DNA of 43,623 nt from a virus (taxonomy: Duplodnaviria; Caudoviricetes): positions 1 to 43,623 of the IMG/VR virus record IMGVR_UViG_3300044477_000056. One strand, given 5' to 3'. A program made the position numbers and the translations under genes. Under the pieces are notes generated by a model. The model saw only the letters and a list, made by a program, of their open reading frames with translations, ran no database searches and was not told where the DNA came from. Below are positions 17,101-26,139 of this stretch, one piece after another; within the stretch, counting starts at the first letter, position 1, and every line of letters starts with the position of its first letter.

Positions 17101-17877
17101 TTTCATTACCGTAGCGACGTTCAATACCGCTTCGGTAGCTTGGTCAAAGTTTATGCCCTGTATCTTGGTAAAGCCAAGTAATACGGCTTGCATCGATTCA
17201 ATTTCTTGATCGGAATATTTTGTTACTTTGGAAAGCGAGGAGGCAAGGTCAAGAATGTGCTTTTCAGTTGTCCAGGCGGCGGCTCCGGTAGAATTAAATA
17301 CCGAAATAACTTTATTCGCCGCTTCTTCTTGATCCATCCACGCTTGTTCAGCTTCTTTTAGCGGGCGCACCATGTCTTGAATGACACCAATGACGAGGCG
17401 AATTGACCGGATAACGTAGAAAACATTTGACGCCACTTTCGGAAGATTGGTCAAAAAGCCTTGCGATGTTTTTTCCTGCTCAGTCTTTAAAAGAACCTGT
17501 TGCTGTTGAAGGTCAGCTATAGCGGTACGCACGTTTCCAATGGCCGCAATGGTGGCCGTCGACGCAGTTCCTTCTTTCACCGCCCTGTCCTGGATGAGTT
17601 TTAGTTCTTGCTGTTTAAGTTTCAGCGTCCGCTTAATGCCTTCCTGTTCGGTAAGCGCCCCTTTCTCCACAAGGACGGCGACGGATTTTACTTGAGCGGC
17701 TATATTCTGGTAGGATTCGGCGTATTTTTTAGTAAGTTTGTCGGAGGTGACGGCGGCTTGCGCAACGATTACCTTTCCAAAGTCATCAAGGGCTGATTCG
17801 GCGTTGTTGATGTCGGCTTGAAGTTCGTTGAGTTTTATCCGTACCGCAGAGTAGATTGATCCGGCATCAGTGGGCAT
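14173..17877 (-). CDS. Tape measure protein (1234 aa)
   Basis: Longest ORF; Ala/Glu/Lys helical; AQAVGKALEYP motif; C-terminal ATGGIV...VAENGSPEL...IYLDGK. Confidence 0.92.
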   Translation of the reverse strand: MPTDAGSIYSAVRIKLNELQADINNAESALDDFGKVIVAQAAVTSDKLTKKYAESYQNIAAQVKSVAVLVEKGALTEQEGIKRTLKLKQQELKLIQDRAVKEGTASTATIAAIGNVRTAIADLQQQQVLLKTEQEKTSQGFLTNLPKVASNVFYVIRSIRLVIGVIQDMVRPLKEAEQAWMDQEEAANKVISVFNSTGAAAWTTEKHILDLASSLSKVTKYSDQEIESMQAVLLGFTKIQGINFDQATEAVLNVATVMKYDLTSSAQAVGKALEYPSKMLDGLRRQGFKFTDQQMSMIKAFEAAGQIEKAQAIILEELTRAYGGAARAVGEADSQLKTMKDKSIKELKEEIGRAISSSGWLIGWRKAIKDIADRLYEATKHQNDLNDAVKRSKELKGGAEVAPLTVDEKVLVAEAELAAAQKKRFQLASEGLSEQSKLILEAYDAEIAVLQQRLNLQKAANLASKRAAESTSKDARTKAKAEADAADAAFKAAEREADFAKSKSEALANYQAQLAEAKNLHLDDFEFNKKMSSAADATVEALAKLSGIYPELWGSKNQALLDAWIEKQKTYSQLVLSDADVLDAENDKLKQKNSIIDAYNKAIGDIAIKQSTISDFTPLQAAQETKEATESAIIEISRFINEFGNADEEVMTFFNNLRKAQALSGSIISSEQVDATFEEIGKTFAKAKAIAQSVYDIKGDPEEFNKALLSATTAQVDSLALLKFTAENFWTDVGETALSEAIKSEKALTSLVSGAEFQKYKIKKDYSEAYQEIKDKEDSGELSTADAIEERASLIKSTLDLTRNFLKEFDRFDMDMLAFKDTLSTEFINLGQVAFDAEYAARMAEDSGDEYADSVEENTKRIEKYFDDRNKYIADSEEDLTKDINDEKDMRRKVMLEAVLAEVKAAFSAGKEITDIEAAKNATIKSFDTSAWIQKQYEDIVASAKYSTDQQIEDFKEIQDGVAKTSQEWQWLQEIINQLNLDKAKKEFSDLVSNVDTVWSQIEDAIGSFTDIFTEGISDQIDALTEYYDKQRELLENDGKTKREALEAELADAIANNDEEAKAEAEKNLALYDLDEEYEKKKLQLQYEADLAEYQSNIVTAAGDVAMSILKALSSSAPPWNFIMAGLSGAAGAVQMAALVAAKPNAPSAATGGIVLPSGGGGLVNVAENGSPELLLNDSAIGDAVLSAFADKIASKINAAGGGTVTVPIYLDGKLLAQSTVKRINNGEVRLTAK

Positions 17878-17878
17878 T

Positions 17879-18577
17879 TTATTTTACCTTTGAGAGTTTC
17901 CGCTCCCGCCTGTGTTCTTCCATTCGCTCTTCGTAAATAATAGGGCCGCGAGTGTCGATGTCCCTGATATTAAAGTCTGAAAAAACGCCGCCTTTCAAAA
18001 ATTCATGGGTCGCTTTATGGTGCCGCTGTGAAAGACATTCAGCGTTGAAAAGCATATCTTCGGTTACTTTTTTAATATCGGTTTTTCTCATGCCCAAAGC
18101 ATAGTCAACAACGTCGGCTATAAAATCCTCGGGCAAAATGATATCCCATGCCATGATAAGAGAATCGCGTATAGCCTCTAGTTCCTGTTTTGCCGGCCCT
18201 TCGGACATATCTCGAAGCATGACGTTGACGTTTTCAACCTGCCGCTTTACGTTTTCGCAAAATCCGCTTTGCCCGACGATGTTGAATATATCGTCATAGG
18301 TCGGGGAGACGAGCGCGGCACGGCATATTTTTACATTCTGGTTGGCGTAGGCGAGCAATTCTTTCCACTGTACCTTTGTCTGCGCTTTGCTCCATTTGTA
18401 TTTGTCGGTTTCAATAAGCGAAAAATTTCCGCACGCCTGGATCTGGAGGTCAGAAAGCTCCCGCACCTTTACGATGCAGGGGCTTCCCTTCCAATGAGCC
18501 AGGATGAGGGAGAATTCGGCGGCCTCGATTGGATTCAAAGCCGCCTTTTCCTTCTTGCGAAGAAAATCAAAAATCAT
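17879..18577 (-). CDS. Tail assembly chaperone
   Basis: Between the tail tube and tape measure genes. Confidence 0.7.
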   Translation of the reverse strand: MIFDFLRKKEKAALNPIEAAEFSLILAHWKGSPCIVKVRELSDLQIQACGNFSLIETDKYKWSKAQTKVQWKELLAYANQNVKICRAALVSPTYDDIFNIVGQSGFCENVKRQVENVNVMLRDMSEGPAKQELEAIRDSLIMAWDIILPEDFIADVVDYALGMRKTDIKKVTEDMLFNAECLSQRHHKATHEFLKGGVFSDFNIRDIDTRGPIIYEERMEEHRRERKLSKVK

Positions 18578-19488
18578 ACGTTCTCGAAGTCCAGCGCCTC
18601 GAACTGCGCGACGGTGAGCTCCTCTTCGGTGACAGCGCTTTCTTCAACGCCAGCCGCCGTCTTGTAGTTGGTCGCGCTGTAGTTGTACGCCTGCTGAAGG
18701 AACTCGGAGGAGTGGGACTGGTCGCCCACGCTTCCCATGCACTTCTTGACCGTGATCTTTTTGTATCCGACAAGATCGCCCTCGAAGTTTTCGCCCTTCG
18801 TGTAGACCTGGTTGAAAATCTCGATCATGAAGTACGGCTTCACCGTATTGCTCATCGGCCACTGGTATACGCCGCCTGTGGTGATAACGCCGCCCTCAAA
18901 TATGCGCTTGAGGAAATAGTCAAGAACGGTGTCCGTTACGACGCCCGTTGCACCTTTAACGTAGCCGGGGATGGTGACGGAAGTGTCGAGAAGGTTTGCA
19001 TCCGTTACGGTGATGTCGGTGTTTTCTTTCGCGGTGGGGACAACCGTCGCCGTGACGATGGTGTCGCTCTTGACGATCTGCGCGCCTATGCCCATGCCGA
19101 AGCCCGCAAGCTCCGCAGCAAGGCCATAGACCTGCGCGTAAGTACCGCCAGAATTAACGATCTTGAGTCTGCCCGTCGCGCTGTCGACAGAGGCCGTCCA
19201 CCCGCCGCCAGGGGCCGCCGTGGTGATCGCGGTGACGAGATTTGCCGCCGTGATCGCGGTTTCGGTGAAGGTGGAAAGGTCGAGCGTTTCAGCGACAACA
19301 GCCCCGTTGTCGAGCTTGAGATTGAGCGGGACTGCCGCAATTACTGCGTGAGCCGCCGTAAAATCGAAGGGGCCTGTGCCTCCAAACACGCCGCCCGTCG
19401 CCGAGGGAAGAGTCCCGTTGCCGCAATGTGGGATGAAGCGGATACGGGAAACGCCGCGTACAAATTTAGCCGAAGTTCTGAGTGCCAT
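18574..19488 (-). CDS. Major tail (tube) protein
   Basis: Position after the neck genes; Thr/Ala/Gly-rich; strong codon bias; GGAGG RBS. Confidence 0.78.
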   Translation of the reverse strand: MALRTSAKFVRGVSRIRFIPHCGNGTLPSATGGVFGGTGPFDFTAAHAVIAAVPLNLKLDNGAVVAETLDLSTFTETAITAANLVTAITTAAPGGGWTASVDSATGRLKIVNSGGTYAQVYGLAAELAGFGMGIGAQIVKSDTIVTATVVPTAKENTDITVTDANLLDTSVTIPGYVKGATGVVTDTVLDYFLKRIFEGGVITTGGVYQWPMSNTVKPYFMIEIFNQVYTKGENFEGDLVGYKKITVKKCMGSVGDQSHSSEFLQQAYNYSATNYKTAAGVEESAVTEEELTVAQFEALDFENV

Positions 19489-19500
19489 ACATGGCCTCCG

Positions 19501-19854
19501 TTAAAATAAGATGTGCGGACTATAAAATATCCGCTCTGCAGAGATAGTTCCATCGTCGCTTTGCGGCGCGATATCCTGAAATTCATTGCTGTAGTCGTCC
19601 AGCATTTGCGTATTGCCGTTTCTTGTTTCTGCCGAGAACCCATTCAAGAGCGTCGGCACTTCCTCGAATAGATAATCGTCAAGGGTAATGTTCTGCCCTG
19701 GCTTTACATGAGCGATAATTCTCCACCGCCAGAAGTTCCCGAAAGCCTCGCGCTTTACTACAACATAGGGAGGGGCCTGCTTGATTCCGTAGCCGTAGGG
19801 AACCACGTTCGTAATGGTTCCTGTTTTTAGCTTGGCGACGACTTTCGTTATCAT
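19501..19854 (-). CDS. Tail terminator / completion protein
   Basis: PPYVVV motif; position. Confidence 0.65.
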   Translation of the reverse strand: MITKVVAKLKTGTITNVVPYGYGIKQAPPYVVVKREAFGNFWRWRIIAHVKPGQNITLDDYLFEEVPTLLNGFSAETRNGNTQMLDDYSNEFQDIAPQSDDGTISAERIFYSPHILF

Positions 19855-20294
19855 GCACCTACCTCAGATATATCAAAAGTTGTTTTATCTTTATACGTAT
19901 GAACATCGGTTATCATAAACGCAGCCCCTACGTCGCCGTAAAGCTCGTGCACCTTCGCTATAAAGATCATTCCCCACTTTTCAACAAGTGGCCTGATTGC
20001 TTCGTTCTGCCGATTGTTGGAAAGCTCAAGGAACACGCCATAATACATCGTATGCGCCATGAACCATTCAATGCCTTTGGAATCTTCGCTTGAACCGACA
20101 AACATTCTGTCGGACGCCTTTGCCGTCCTGTTATGCCAGAATTTCCCAATGTTCCCCGCGCCTGTTTTTTGCTCTGCCTGAAACTCATCAAGACAGGCTT
20201 TTGAGTAAACGTCAGCGAGCGCAAGAACTTTTGCGTTGCGGTCGGCGTATATCTGCCGTATGCGCTTCTGTACTTCGGTTGTTGGGTTCTGCAT
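19851..20294 (-). CDS. HK97 gp10-like neck protein
   Basis: WHNRTA...HTMYYGVFLEL...AIRP motif. Confidence 0.7.
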   Translation of the reverse strand: MQNPTTEVQKRIRQIYADRNAKVLALADVYSKACLDEFQAEQKTGAGNIGKFWHNRTAKASDRMFVGSSEDSKGIEWFMAHTMYYGVFLELSNNRQNEAIRPLVEKWGMIFIAKVHELYGDVGAAFMITDVHTYKDKTTFDISEVGA

Positions 20295-20776
20295 TATGCG
20301 TCCACCTGGAAAAGCGCCGCCTGATAGCCAGCGATCTTCCCGCCAATAAGCAAGGGGTCAACGCGCCCGACGCGGTATTTTCTTACTGGATGCGCCATAC
20401 TTTCGATGGACGCCACGTGTTCAAGGGAATAGGTAATAGGCGTCGTTGAATACGTCGCGCCTATGACGAGGCTATTTGATACGGCGTCGGTGATAGAGAA
20501 CTCTTCGCCTTCAAGCGGCCCTCCCCTGTAGTCCATCGTCATCATATGCACCATGTTCGTTGAAGTGCCGACGCTCGAATCTTCGTTGTGCTGGATACTG
20601 CTTTTTTCATGGGACAGCATGACGCGGAATTTATAATCCATGGTTTCGCCTAATGGATCTTCCATGGTACCGCCGAAGCCATCGGTGACGCGAGCAATGC
20701 GCGATATGGTGATAATAGAGGGATTAGCTTTTATCATGGCAGAGATGCCAGCACGCGCCTGCTCGATCTGGTTCAC
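20294..20776 (-). CDS. Head closure / head-tail joining protein
   Basis: DGFGG motif; position. Confidence 0.65.
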   Translation of the reverse strand: MNQIEQARAGISAMIKANPSIITISRIARVTDGFGGTMEDPLGETMDYKFRVMLSHEKSSIQHNEDSSVGTSTNMVHMMTMDYRGGPLEGEEFSITDAVSNSLVIGATYSTTPITYSLEHVASIESMAHPVRKYRVGRVDPLLIGGKIAGYQAALFQVDA

Positions 20777-21252
20777 ACATGGCCCCCGGCGATACGCGGC
20801 TGCCTTGTCCTGAAATACCGCCCCGTGGTCGATCCTGATTCCTCAGCCGACTCAACCATGTATTCATTGATGAGCATTTTGTAAAAATCGTATGCGTCTT
20901 TCAGCGTGAGATATTCCGTCGAATCAGCGCCCATCGTAATCCGCTTGAGTTGCATTTCCTGCCCAAGAGTTGCCATAATTGCGCGGAGGGCTTTCGGCAC
21001 TGAATCGGAAACGCCCCATAGGTCAATAAGTGCGCCAAGGCGTTCATCGGATATCTTCAACGGCAAAACATCCCAGGCGAGAAGGTCAAAGTCATAGCGC
21101 ACATACTCGCTTATGTCTGCTTTTAGATACGCTGTCTGTCTAAGTGGTGAGGCAGGAAGCGCCGAAACGCTCGCCACGGAAAGAATGTCGATAACGCCGG
21201 AAGGGTCTGATATTTTGAGGCGAAGGGCTTTTATATCGTCAAAAATTGCCAT
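20773..21252 (-). CDS. Head-tail connector / adaptor
   Basis: GGAGG RBS before MAIFDDIKALRLKISDP; start revised. Confidence 0.65.
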   Translation of the reverse strand: MAIFDDIKALRLKISDPSGVIDILSVASVSALPASPLRQTAYLKADISEYVRYDFDLLAWDVLPLKISDERLGALIDLWGVSDSVPKALRAIMATLGQEMQLKRITMGADSTEYLTLKDAYDFYKMLINEYMVESAEESGSTTGRYFRTRQPRIAGGHV

Positions 21253-21253
21253 G

Positions 21254-22282
21254 TTATTCCTCCACCACGTGACCGAACACGGTTCCTTGCATATAAGTGA
21301 GTGTTCCGCCATCGAGCTTGTCTTGAATGATAATTTCAAAGCGCTGGTCTTTATTGCCATCAAGCCGTATGGAAACGCCTTGATCTTCGCGGATGGAATA
21401 CTCAAATGCCATGCCATAACTTCCCGATGGAGCCTTTGCATTGTACGATATTAGCCCGCGAAGCTGAAACTCTGAATTGCTTCTCGCGCTGAAATAGTTA
21501 TTATACCGGGCATCGGATTGTTTCGTTCTAAAAATGACGCCTTTTGCCAAAGCGGTAAGGCTTGCAAACTTCGCGTCGTCCATATCGACAGTACCACGAA
21601 AAGCAAGACGCACCTTGTAAAGGTCAAACTTTTGTCCGGGTACAGCCTCAGTTCTGAAAATTATAGGTGTCGTGGAACCGTCCACCACCATATCGGGAGA
21701 AGTGCGGTAAACAGCGGTTCCAGCGGGGAATGTCATATTAAAGCGCTGATTCAGCGTAAGATTATTTCCAACAACCGAAAGCACCCTCGCTATAAAAATT
21801 CCTTTTATCACAAGAGCATCGTCGGCGACAAAGCCATGCCCTGCGGCAAGCGTGCAAGTACTTGTGTCAACAAGCGCTTCAGCGGCCAGCGTCGTATTCG
21901 ATAGTTCGCGCACGAGATAGGGGCTTACAATGTTGCTATGCTGATCGCGTATAAAAGCGTCAACGGTTTTGACTCCGGCCACACCGCCAGGGGAGACGCA
22001 AAGAATGCAACCATCGCCAGTATTGCACCGCGCATAATAGATATCGTCTTCAATATCGGGGTTCAACTGCAAAACGTCGAGGTTACCAAGCGGCTTATAG
22101 ACTCTTTTTGCTATGGTGAACTTTTCGGCAAGCGGGGCTGTTTTTGCGGCATAAATACGACAATTAACGCCGCCTTTAGCGCCATCATCCTGTTCATCAA
22201 GCCATGCTGAAATTGACTGGCCTGCGGAAGAAATGGGAGTCCATGCGCTATCGGTAATGACATATTGTGTTATTTCCATCAT
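21254..22282 (-). CDS. Accessory virion protein (beta-rich, 342 aa)
   Basis: Between the capsid and connector genes; GGGGG RBS. Confidence 0.6.
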   Translation of the reverse strand: MMEITQYVITDSAWTPISSAGQSISAWLDEQDDGAKGGVNCRIYAAKTAPLAEKFTIAKRVYKPLGNLDVLQLNPDIEDDIYYARCNTGDGCILCVSPGGVAGVKTVDAFIRDQHSNIVSPYLVRELSNTTLAAEALVDTSTCTLAAGHGFVADDALVIKGIFIARVLSVVGNNLTLNQRFNMTFPAGTAVYRTSPDMVVDGSTTPIIFRTEAVPGQKFDLYKVRLAFRGTVDMDDAKFASLTALAKGVIFRTKQSDARYNNYFSARSNSEFQLRGLISYNAKAPSGSYGMAFEYSIREDQGVSIRLDGNKDQRFEIIIQDKLDGGTLTYMQGTVFGHVVEE

Positions 22283-22297
22283 GAACCCCCTTCAAGG

Positions 22298-22330
22298 AAA
22301 AGATGCGGCCCCGCGAGGAGCCGCGTTTTA
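22298..22330 (-). terminator. Terminator after the major capsid gene
   Basis: GCGGCTCC-TCGC-GGGGCCGC followed by ATCTTTT. Confidence 0.7.
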
Positions 22331-22332
22331 CG

Positions 22333-23565
22333 TTACGCCGAGGGGAGTGTGACTTCGACCGCGTAGCCGGTTCCAGCCGCTTCGCCACCGGAATGGCCGA
22401 AGAACTCTTTGTTATATTCGGCCTGAGCGAAGTATGCCACGCGTTCGTCGCGGGCGAGGGTGAGAATGTCCCCACGTCCCACTTCGTACGTCATGGCGCG
22501 CTTCGTAAGAATGTAGTTCGGGGCGTTGTAAGCGCCGGGAACGATGAGATACGCCTTGTTTTGGGAAACTCCTGCGTAGGTGTTCGTCCTGGTTCCCACC
22601 GCAATCACGTCGCCCTGGTACGGCCAGAGTTCCATGATTTCCGACAGCGGGGTGAGGTTGAGCGAGGTACCCTTGGTGTTTTCAAGCTGGCCGTTGATGA
22701 CGCGGTTGATCCTGCGCTCATCGACGTAGGAGGTGACAAGCACCATGCGCGAAGCGTCGATGTACTGCCCGGTGAGCGGGTCTTTCAGCCCGCGCAGTTT
22801 TTCGATGGCGTTGTTGAGGGTAACGTACAGCTTGAGTTCTGCCGTTGCGCTCGCGGAGTCTGCCGCCTGCTGCTGGTCGGTCTGCCATGCCGTAGCGGTC
22901 GTGTACGCTACGAGGCGGCCAACGGAGAGGTCGTTTCTTTTGGCGATGTAGGCGCGGGTGAAAGCGTCCAGCACCTTCTGGAGTTCGTAGATGTCGAGGT
23001 TGAACAGCTCATCTTCGAGCGTTCTGGAGTCGCCGAGGGCGTAGAGCTTGACCACCGCCGAACCTTCGCGGCCAGAAGTATGCTCGATCATCGGGACGGC
23101 ATCGCCCCTGCCCTGAACTTCCTCGAACGCGCCCATGTACGGCTTGAACTCGTCGAACAGCACGGACTTGGAGGCGTTGGGGTTGACGGATTCCTGCGCG
23201 AACCTGGAGGACAGGTCGGCGAAGTCGGCGCGGCGGCGCGTGATGTAGAGCCTGAGGAGGTTCACATAGTCGTAGTAGTCGGAGGGGAACTGCGCGGCGT
23301 TCATCCTCTTCATGGCGGGCAGGAGGGCGTTTCTTTTCGCCATGATCGCGTTCATGAGTTCGTCGAATTTCGCCGTCTGGTCAAACGGCTTCGATCCGGC
23401 TTCCACGATGACGGAAGCGTTGAATTTGTCGCCTACGGACTCACCGAATGACGGCGCTTTTTCGTTCGCCTTGTCGAAATACAGGCCCGAATTGAGCCTC
23501 ATCCCACTCGCGCGCTGGAGGTCAACGAGAGTATTGGGGTACAGGGAAATGGTTTTGTTTTCCAT
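22333..23565 (-). CDS. Major capsid protein
   Basis: 410 aa, strong codon bias, follows the scaffold and decoration genes, followed by a terminator. Confidence 0.8.
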   Translation of the reverse strand: MENKTISLYPNTLVDLQRASGMRLNSGLYFDKANEKAPSFGESVGDKFNASVIVEAGSKPFDQTAKFDELMNAIMAKRNALLPAMKRMNAAQFPSDYYDYVNLLRLYITRRRADFADLSSRFAQESVNPNASKSVLFDEFKPYMGAFEEVQGRGDAVPMIEHTSGREGSAVVKLYALGDSRTLEDELFNLDIYELQKVLDAFTRAYIAKRNDLSVGRLVAYTTATAWQTDQQQAADSASATAELKLYVTLNNAIEKLRGLKDPLTGQYIDASRMVLVTSYVDERRINRVINGQLENTKGTSLNLTPLSEIMELWPYQGDVIAVGTRTNTYAGVSQNKAYLIVPGAYNAPNYILTKRAMTYEVGRGDILTLARDERVAYFAQAEYNKEFFGHSGGEAAGTGYAVEVTLPSA

Positions 23566-23578
23566 TTGTTTTTTCTCC

Positions 23579-24391
23579 TTACGCTACGGCGATGAAGCCG
23601 CACACGGTGACATACAGGTCGGAACCTGAGCCGAAGTTCGCATCGCCTTTGAGATTCAAGCCCTTTGCGGCGGTGAATCCCGTTCCTTTCTTGACCGCAT
23701 CGCCAAGCGTCACGTTCGCGGTGCAAAGGTTGAGCTTTGCGTTCGCGGTAAGCGCGGCGACGGCAATGGTCACGCCGACAACCGGGGTACCTGCCGTGTC
23801 TTCAATGGTGACGATGGTTCCGGTCGTTGCCCACGCGGTCGAGTCGGAAACTACGGCGAGCATATCGGTGACGAAAATCTTGCTGGTGCCGGGGACAGAA
23901 GCGGCGGCGATGATGGGAACGGCGGTTCCCGCTGCAGTGGAAACCATCTTGACCGTCTTGCGGAACGGAATACCAGCGAGCGCAACCGAGTCCACGTCAG
24001 CGAACGCGATAGCCTCGCCGATGTTTTTGAACCTGAAGCTGTACGGGGAAGCCGCAACGCTGGGAATGGTGCAGTAGCCGACGAGGTAGGAGCCGGGAGC
24101 GCCTGACGCGGCGAACGCGGGAGCCGAGGACAGCCATACCTTGTTACCGATGGCGGTAAACATGGCGCTGGCGGCGGTGGCGTCGATTTCCTGCTCCGAC
24201 ACGTCGAGGTCGAGATACGCAAGCCCTGAGCCTGCGGCTCCCGCCGTGATGTCGGCTGCGGTTACTTCGTGGGTAGCGATACCGCACCACGGAAGCACGA
24301 CAACGAAGTCGCCCTGGAGGACAGCCGCAGAAACGGCTACACGGACGATGCGAGAGGGGTCTTTGATTCCATTGACAATAGGATTAGCCAT
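23579..24391 (-). CDS. Head decoration / cement protein (DUF2190-like N-domain plus extra C-domain)
   Basis: AVLQGDFVVV...GIA...GNKVW...LVGY pattern; precedes the capsid gene. Confidence 0.65.
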   Translation of the reverse strand: MANPIVNGIKDPSRIVRVAVSAAVLQGDFVVVLPWCGIATHEVTAADITAGAAGSGLAYLDLDVSEQEIDATAASAMFTAIGNKVWLSSAPAFAASGAPGSYLVGYCTIPSVAASPYSFRFKNIGEAIAFADVDSVALAGIPFRKTVKMVSTAAGTAVPIIAAASVPGTSKIFVTDMLAVVSDSTAWATTGTIVTIEDTAGTPVVGVTIAVAALTANAKLNLCTANVTLGDAVKKGTGFTAAKGLNLKGDANFGSGSDLYVTVCGFIAVA

Positions 24392-24403
24392 GGTCTTTCT
24401 CCT

Positions 24404-25828
24404 TTACAGGCTGACAGCGGAACCGCTGTACTTTTCGGCCGCGTTGGCCTTGGGTTTTCCGCCCTGGTCGATGACGTTGTACGTGGAGTCCTGGTCGGCC
24501 ATGCCGGCTTTGATTCCCTTCATCACAACGTCTTCGTCGAACGCCTTGATAGCGGCGTTGAGCTTTTCGCCCGCAAGGCCAGCGGTCATTCTTTCGGCGT
24601 ACTGGTAGGCGGGGTTCACCGTCTCCACGTCGCCCACCTTGTTCGACTTCGCGCCGAATGCGGTGGAAAGCACCTGAGCGCGGGCGGCTTCGGCGTTCAG
24701 CTTCGCCTGGTCGATGAGGCTCTTCACAAGCGCTTCGGGGTCGCCGTCGCCGACGATGGCTTTGATCGCGTTCAGTTTCCCGATAGCGGTCGCGTCTTCG
24801 TCGGTCTTGATCTGTCCTTTGAGTCCCATCGCGTCGGCCACTTCGAGCAGCGTGATTTCCGCGTTCTGCTTCATAGTGCCTACGGTGGAAAGCAGTTCTG
24901 CCTTTTCCATACGATTTCCTTTCTTTTTGTCAACCTCTTTGATGAGGTCGCTTGCCGTATCGGAAACGTCTTCAAGCCCCTGAGCCGCTGCGCGGGACGC
25001 TATAGCGCGGAGCGCGGAACGGTAGACCTTGCCCGACTTTCCGATGGGATACTTCCACCGCTGTTTCGTGTCTTCGGTGGCGCTCATGTCTTCAACCATG
25101 TGCCATTTCGCGTAAGTCGCCCAGTCGTCTTTGTTGGTTCCAAGAAGGGCGTCTTCGTCGGAGCTGGACATGGCCCAGGCCGACGATTTATCGAGCTTCC
25201 CGGAAGCAATAAGCGACTTTGCGAACGCGACGCACTTTTTATTCATCGTCTGCCCTTCGGCATTCGTTTTCATTTCCATAGCTCCGGCACCGAGGTCGAC
25301 GGCATCGTTTCGTTCTCCGTACAGCGATTCGACGCATTTTCTGACAGCGTTTCCATCGGGGAGCGTCTCGATGAGGTCGCGAGTGTAGGAAACGATGGAA
25401 AAATCCACCATTCCCGCCTTGCACATGGCGATAAATACGGTATTGTCGCCTGACTCGCCCTTCGGCGGTACGTAGTTTTTCAGGTATACGGTTCCCGCGC
25501 CGTCGCTTTTTGATTCCAGCCGCCCGCCGACAAGGAGAAGATCAGTCGAGCCGCGAGCGCCGTACCGCGTTTCGTGTCCCCTTGCGCTTCCAGGGATAGG
25601 CGCGGTGTTCATCTTGCCGATGTACGACTTCCAAAATTCCTCAGTGTACATCCATCCGTTCGCCATGGTTGGGTATTCTATCGCTTGGATCTTGTAATAC
25701 GGCGCGGTATCCCCGGCCTGGAACAGAGCGAGGGAATCTTGAGGGACGAGGGTAGGGATAGAGTCGGGAGATACGGATAGTTTTGAATCGGCCACGCTTC
25801 TGAAATTATATTTTCTAAGTTCCGGCAC
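24404..25828 (-). CDS. Prohead protease-scaffold fusion
   Basis: Globular N-domain (GH...FSIVS...DAV) with a helical C-terminus; GGAGG RBS and GTG start. Confidence 0.7.
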   Translation of the reverse strand: MPELRKYNFRSVADSKLSVSPDSIPTLVPQDSLALFQAGDTAPYYKIQAIEYPTMANGWMYTEEFWKSYIGKMNTAPIPGSARGHETRYGARGSTDLLLVGGRLESKSDGAGTVYLKNYVPPKGESGDNTVFIAMCKAGMVDFSIVSYTRDLIETLPDGNAVRKCVESLYGERNDAVDLGAGAMEMKTNAEGQTMNKKCVAFAKSLIASGKLDKSSAWAMSSSDEDALLGTNKDDWATYAKWHMVEDMSATEDTKQRWKYPIGKSGKVYRSALRAIASRAAAQGLEDVSDTASDLIKEVDKKKGNRMEKAELLSTVGTMKQNAEITLLEVADAMGLKGQIKTDEDATAIGKLNAIKAIVGDGDPEALVKSLIDQAKLNAEAARAQVLSTAFGAKSNKVGDVETVNPAYQYAERMTAGLAGEKLNAAIKAFDEDVVMKGIKAGMADQDSTYNVIDQGGKPKANAAEKYSGSAVSL

Positions 25829-25840
25829 TTCGTACCTCCA

Positions 25841-25990
25841 AACAAAAAAGCGCCACGCTCTCAGGATCGCTCCCGAAAGAATGGCGCTTTCATCATGCGC
25901 GTATCAGGCTAAAAGCCCGCTATTTTATCAACAATGCCGGAATGTACACCGGTATATTATCACTATATCGCTCTTTTTACGGTAACGCAA
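25841..25990 (-). promoter_or_regulatory. Promoter TTGCGT-N17-TATAGT plus a structured leader ending in a terminator-like hairpin
   Basis: -35 at 25985-25990, -10 at 25962-25967; AAAGCGCCA...TGGCGCTTTTTT immediately before the RBS. Confidence 0.65.
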
Positions 25991-26139
25991 GGGTTTATCT
26001 TGTCCCCCTCATGTTTCCAAATATACGTTGGAGCACCATTTTCCACAATGACCTCGATGCGCCCGCTCCCGCCATGCGAGGAGAACGATTCGAGCATCTT
26101 TTCCACGCGCTCAACGGCTTGTTTTACGGCAAGGGTCAA
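25963..26139 (-). CDS. 58-aa DUF2292/YezD-like small protein, absent from the ORF track
   Basis: GGAGG RBS, TTG start; helix then GSGRIEVIVENGAPTYIWKHE. Confidence 0.55.
   Translation of the reverse strand: MTLAVKQAVERVEKMLESFSSHGGSGRIEVIVENGAPTYIWKHEGDKINPCVTVKRAI

Noticed and set aside
8899-17881. Fibre and tape measure genes both start AAAATGCCCACTGA (MPTD)
   Set aside because: A 14-bp match including the ATG; only two instances, so plausibly chance
17879-18577. Programmed -1 frameshift in the tail assembly chaperone
   Set aside because: A single ORF fills the tube-to-tape-measure interval; there is no second frame to shift into
18529-25453. Long plus-strand ORFs (18529..19509, 22303..23451, 24269..25453)
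   Set aside because: Antisense shadows of strongly codon-biased tube, capsid and scaffold genes; no RBS or recognisable motifs
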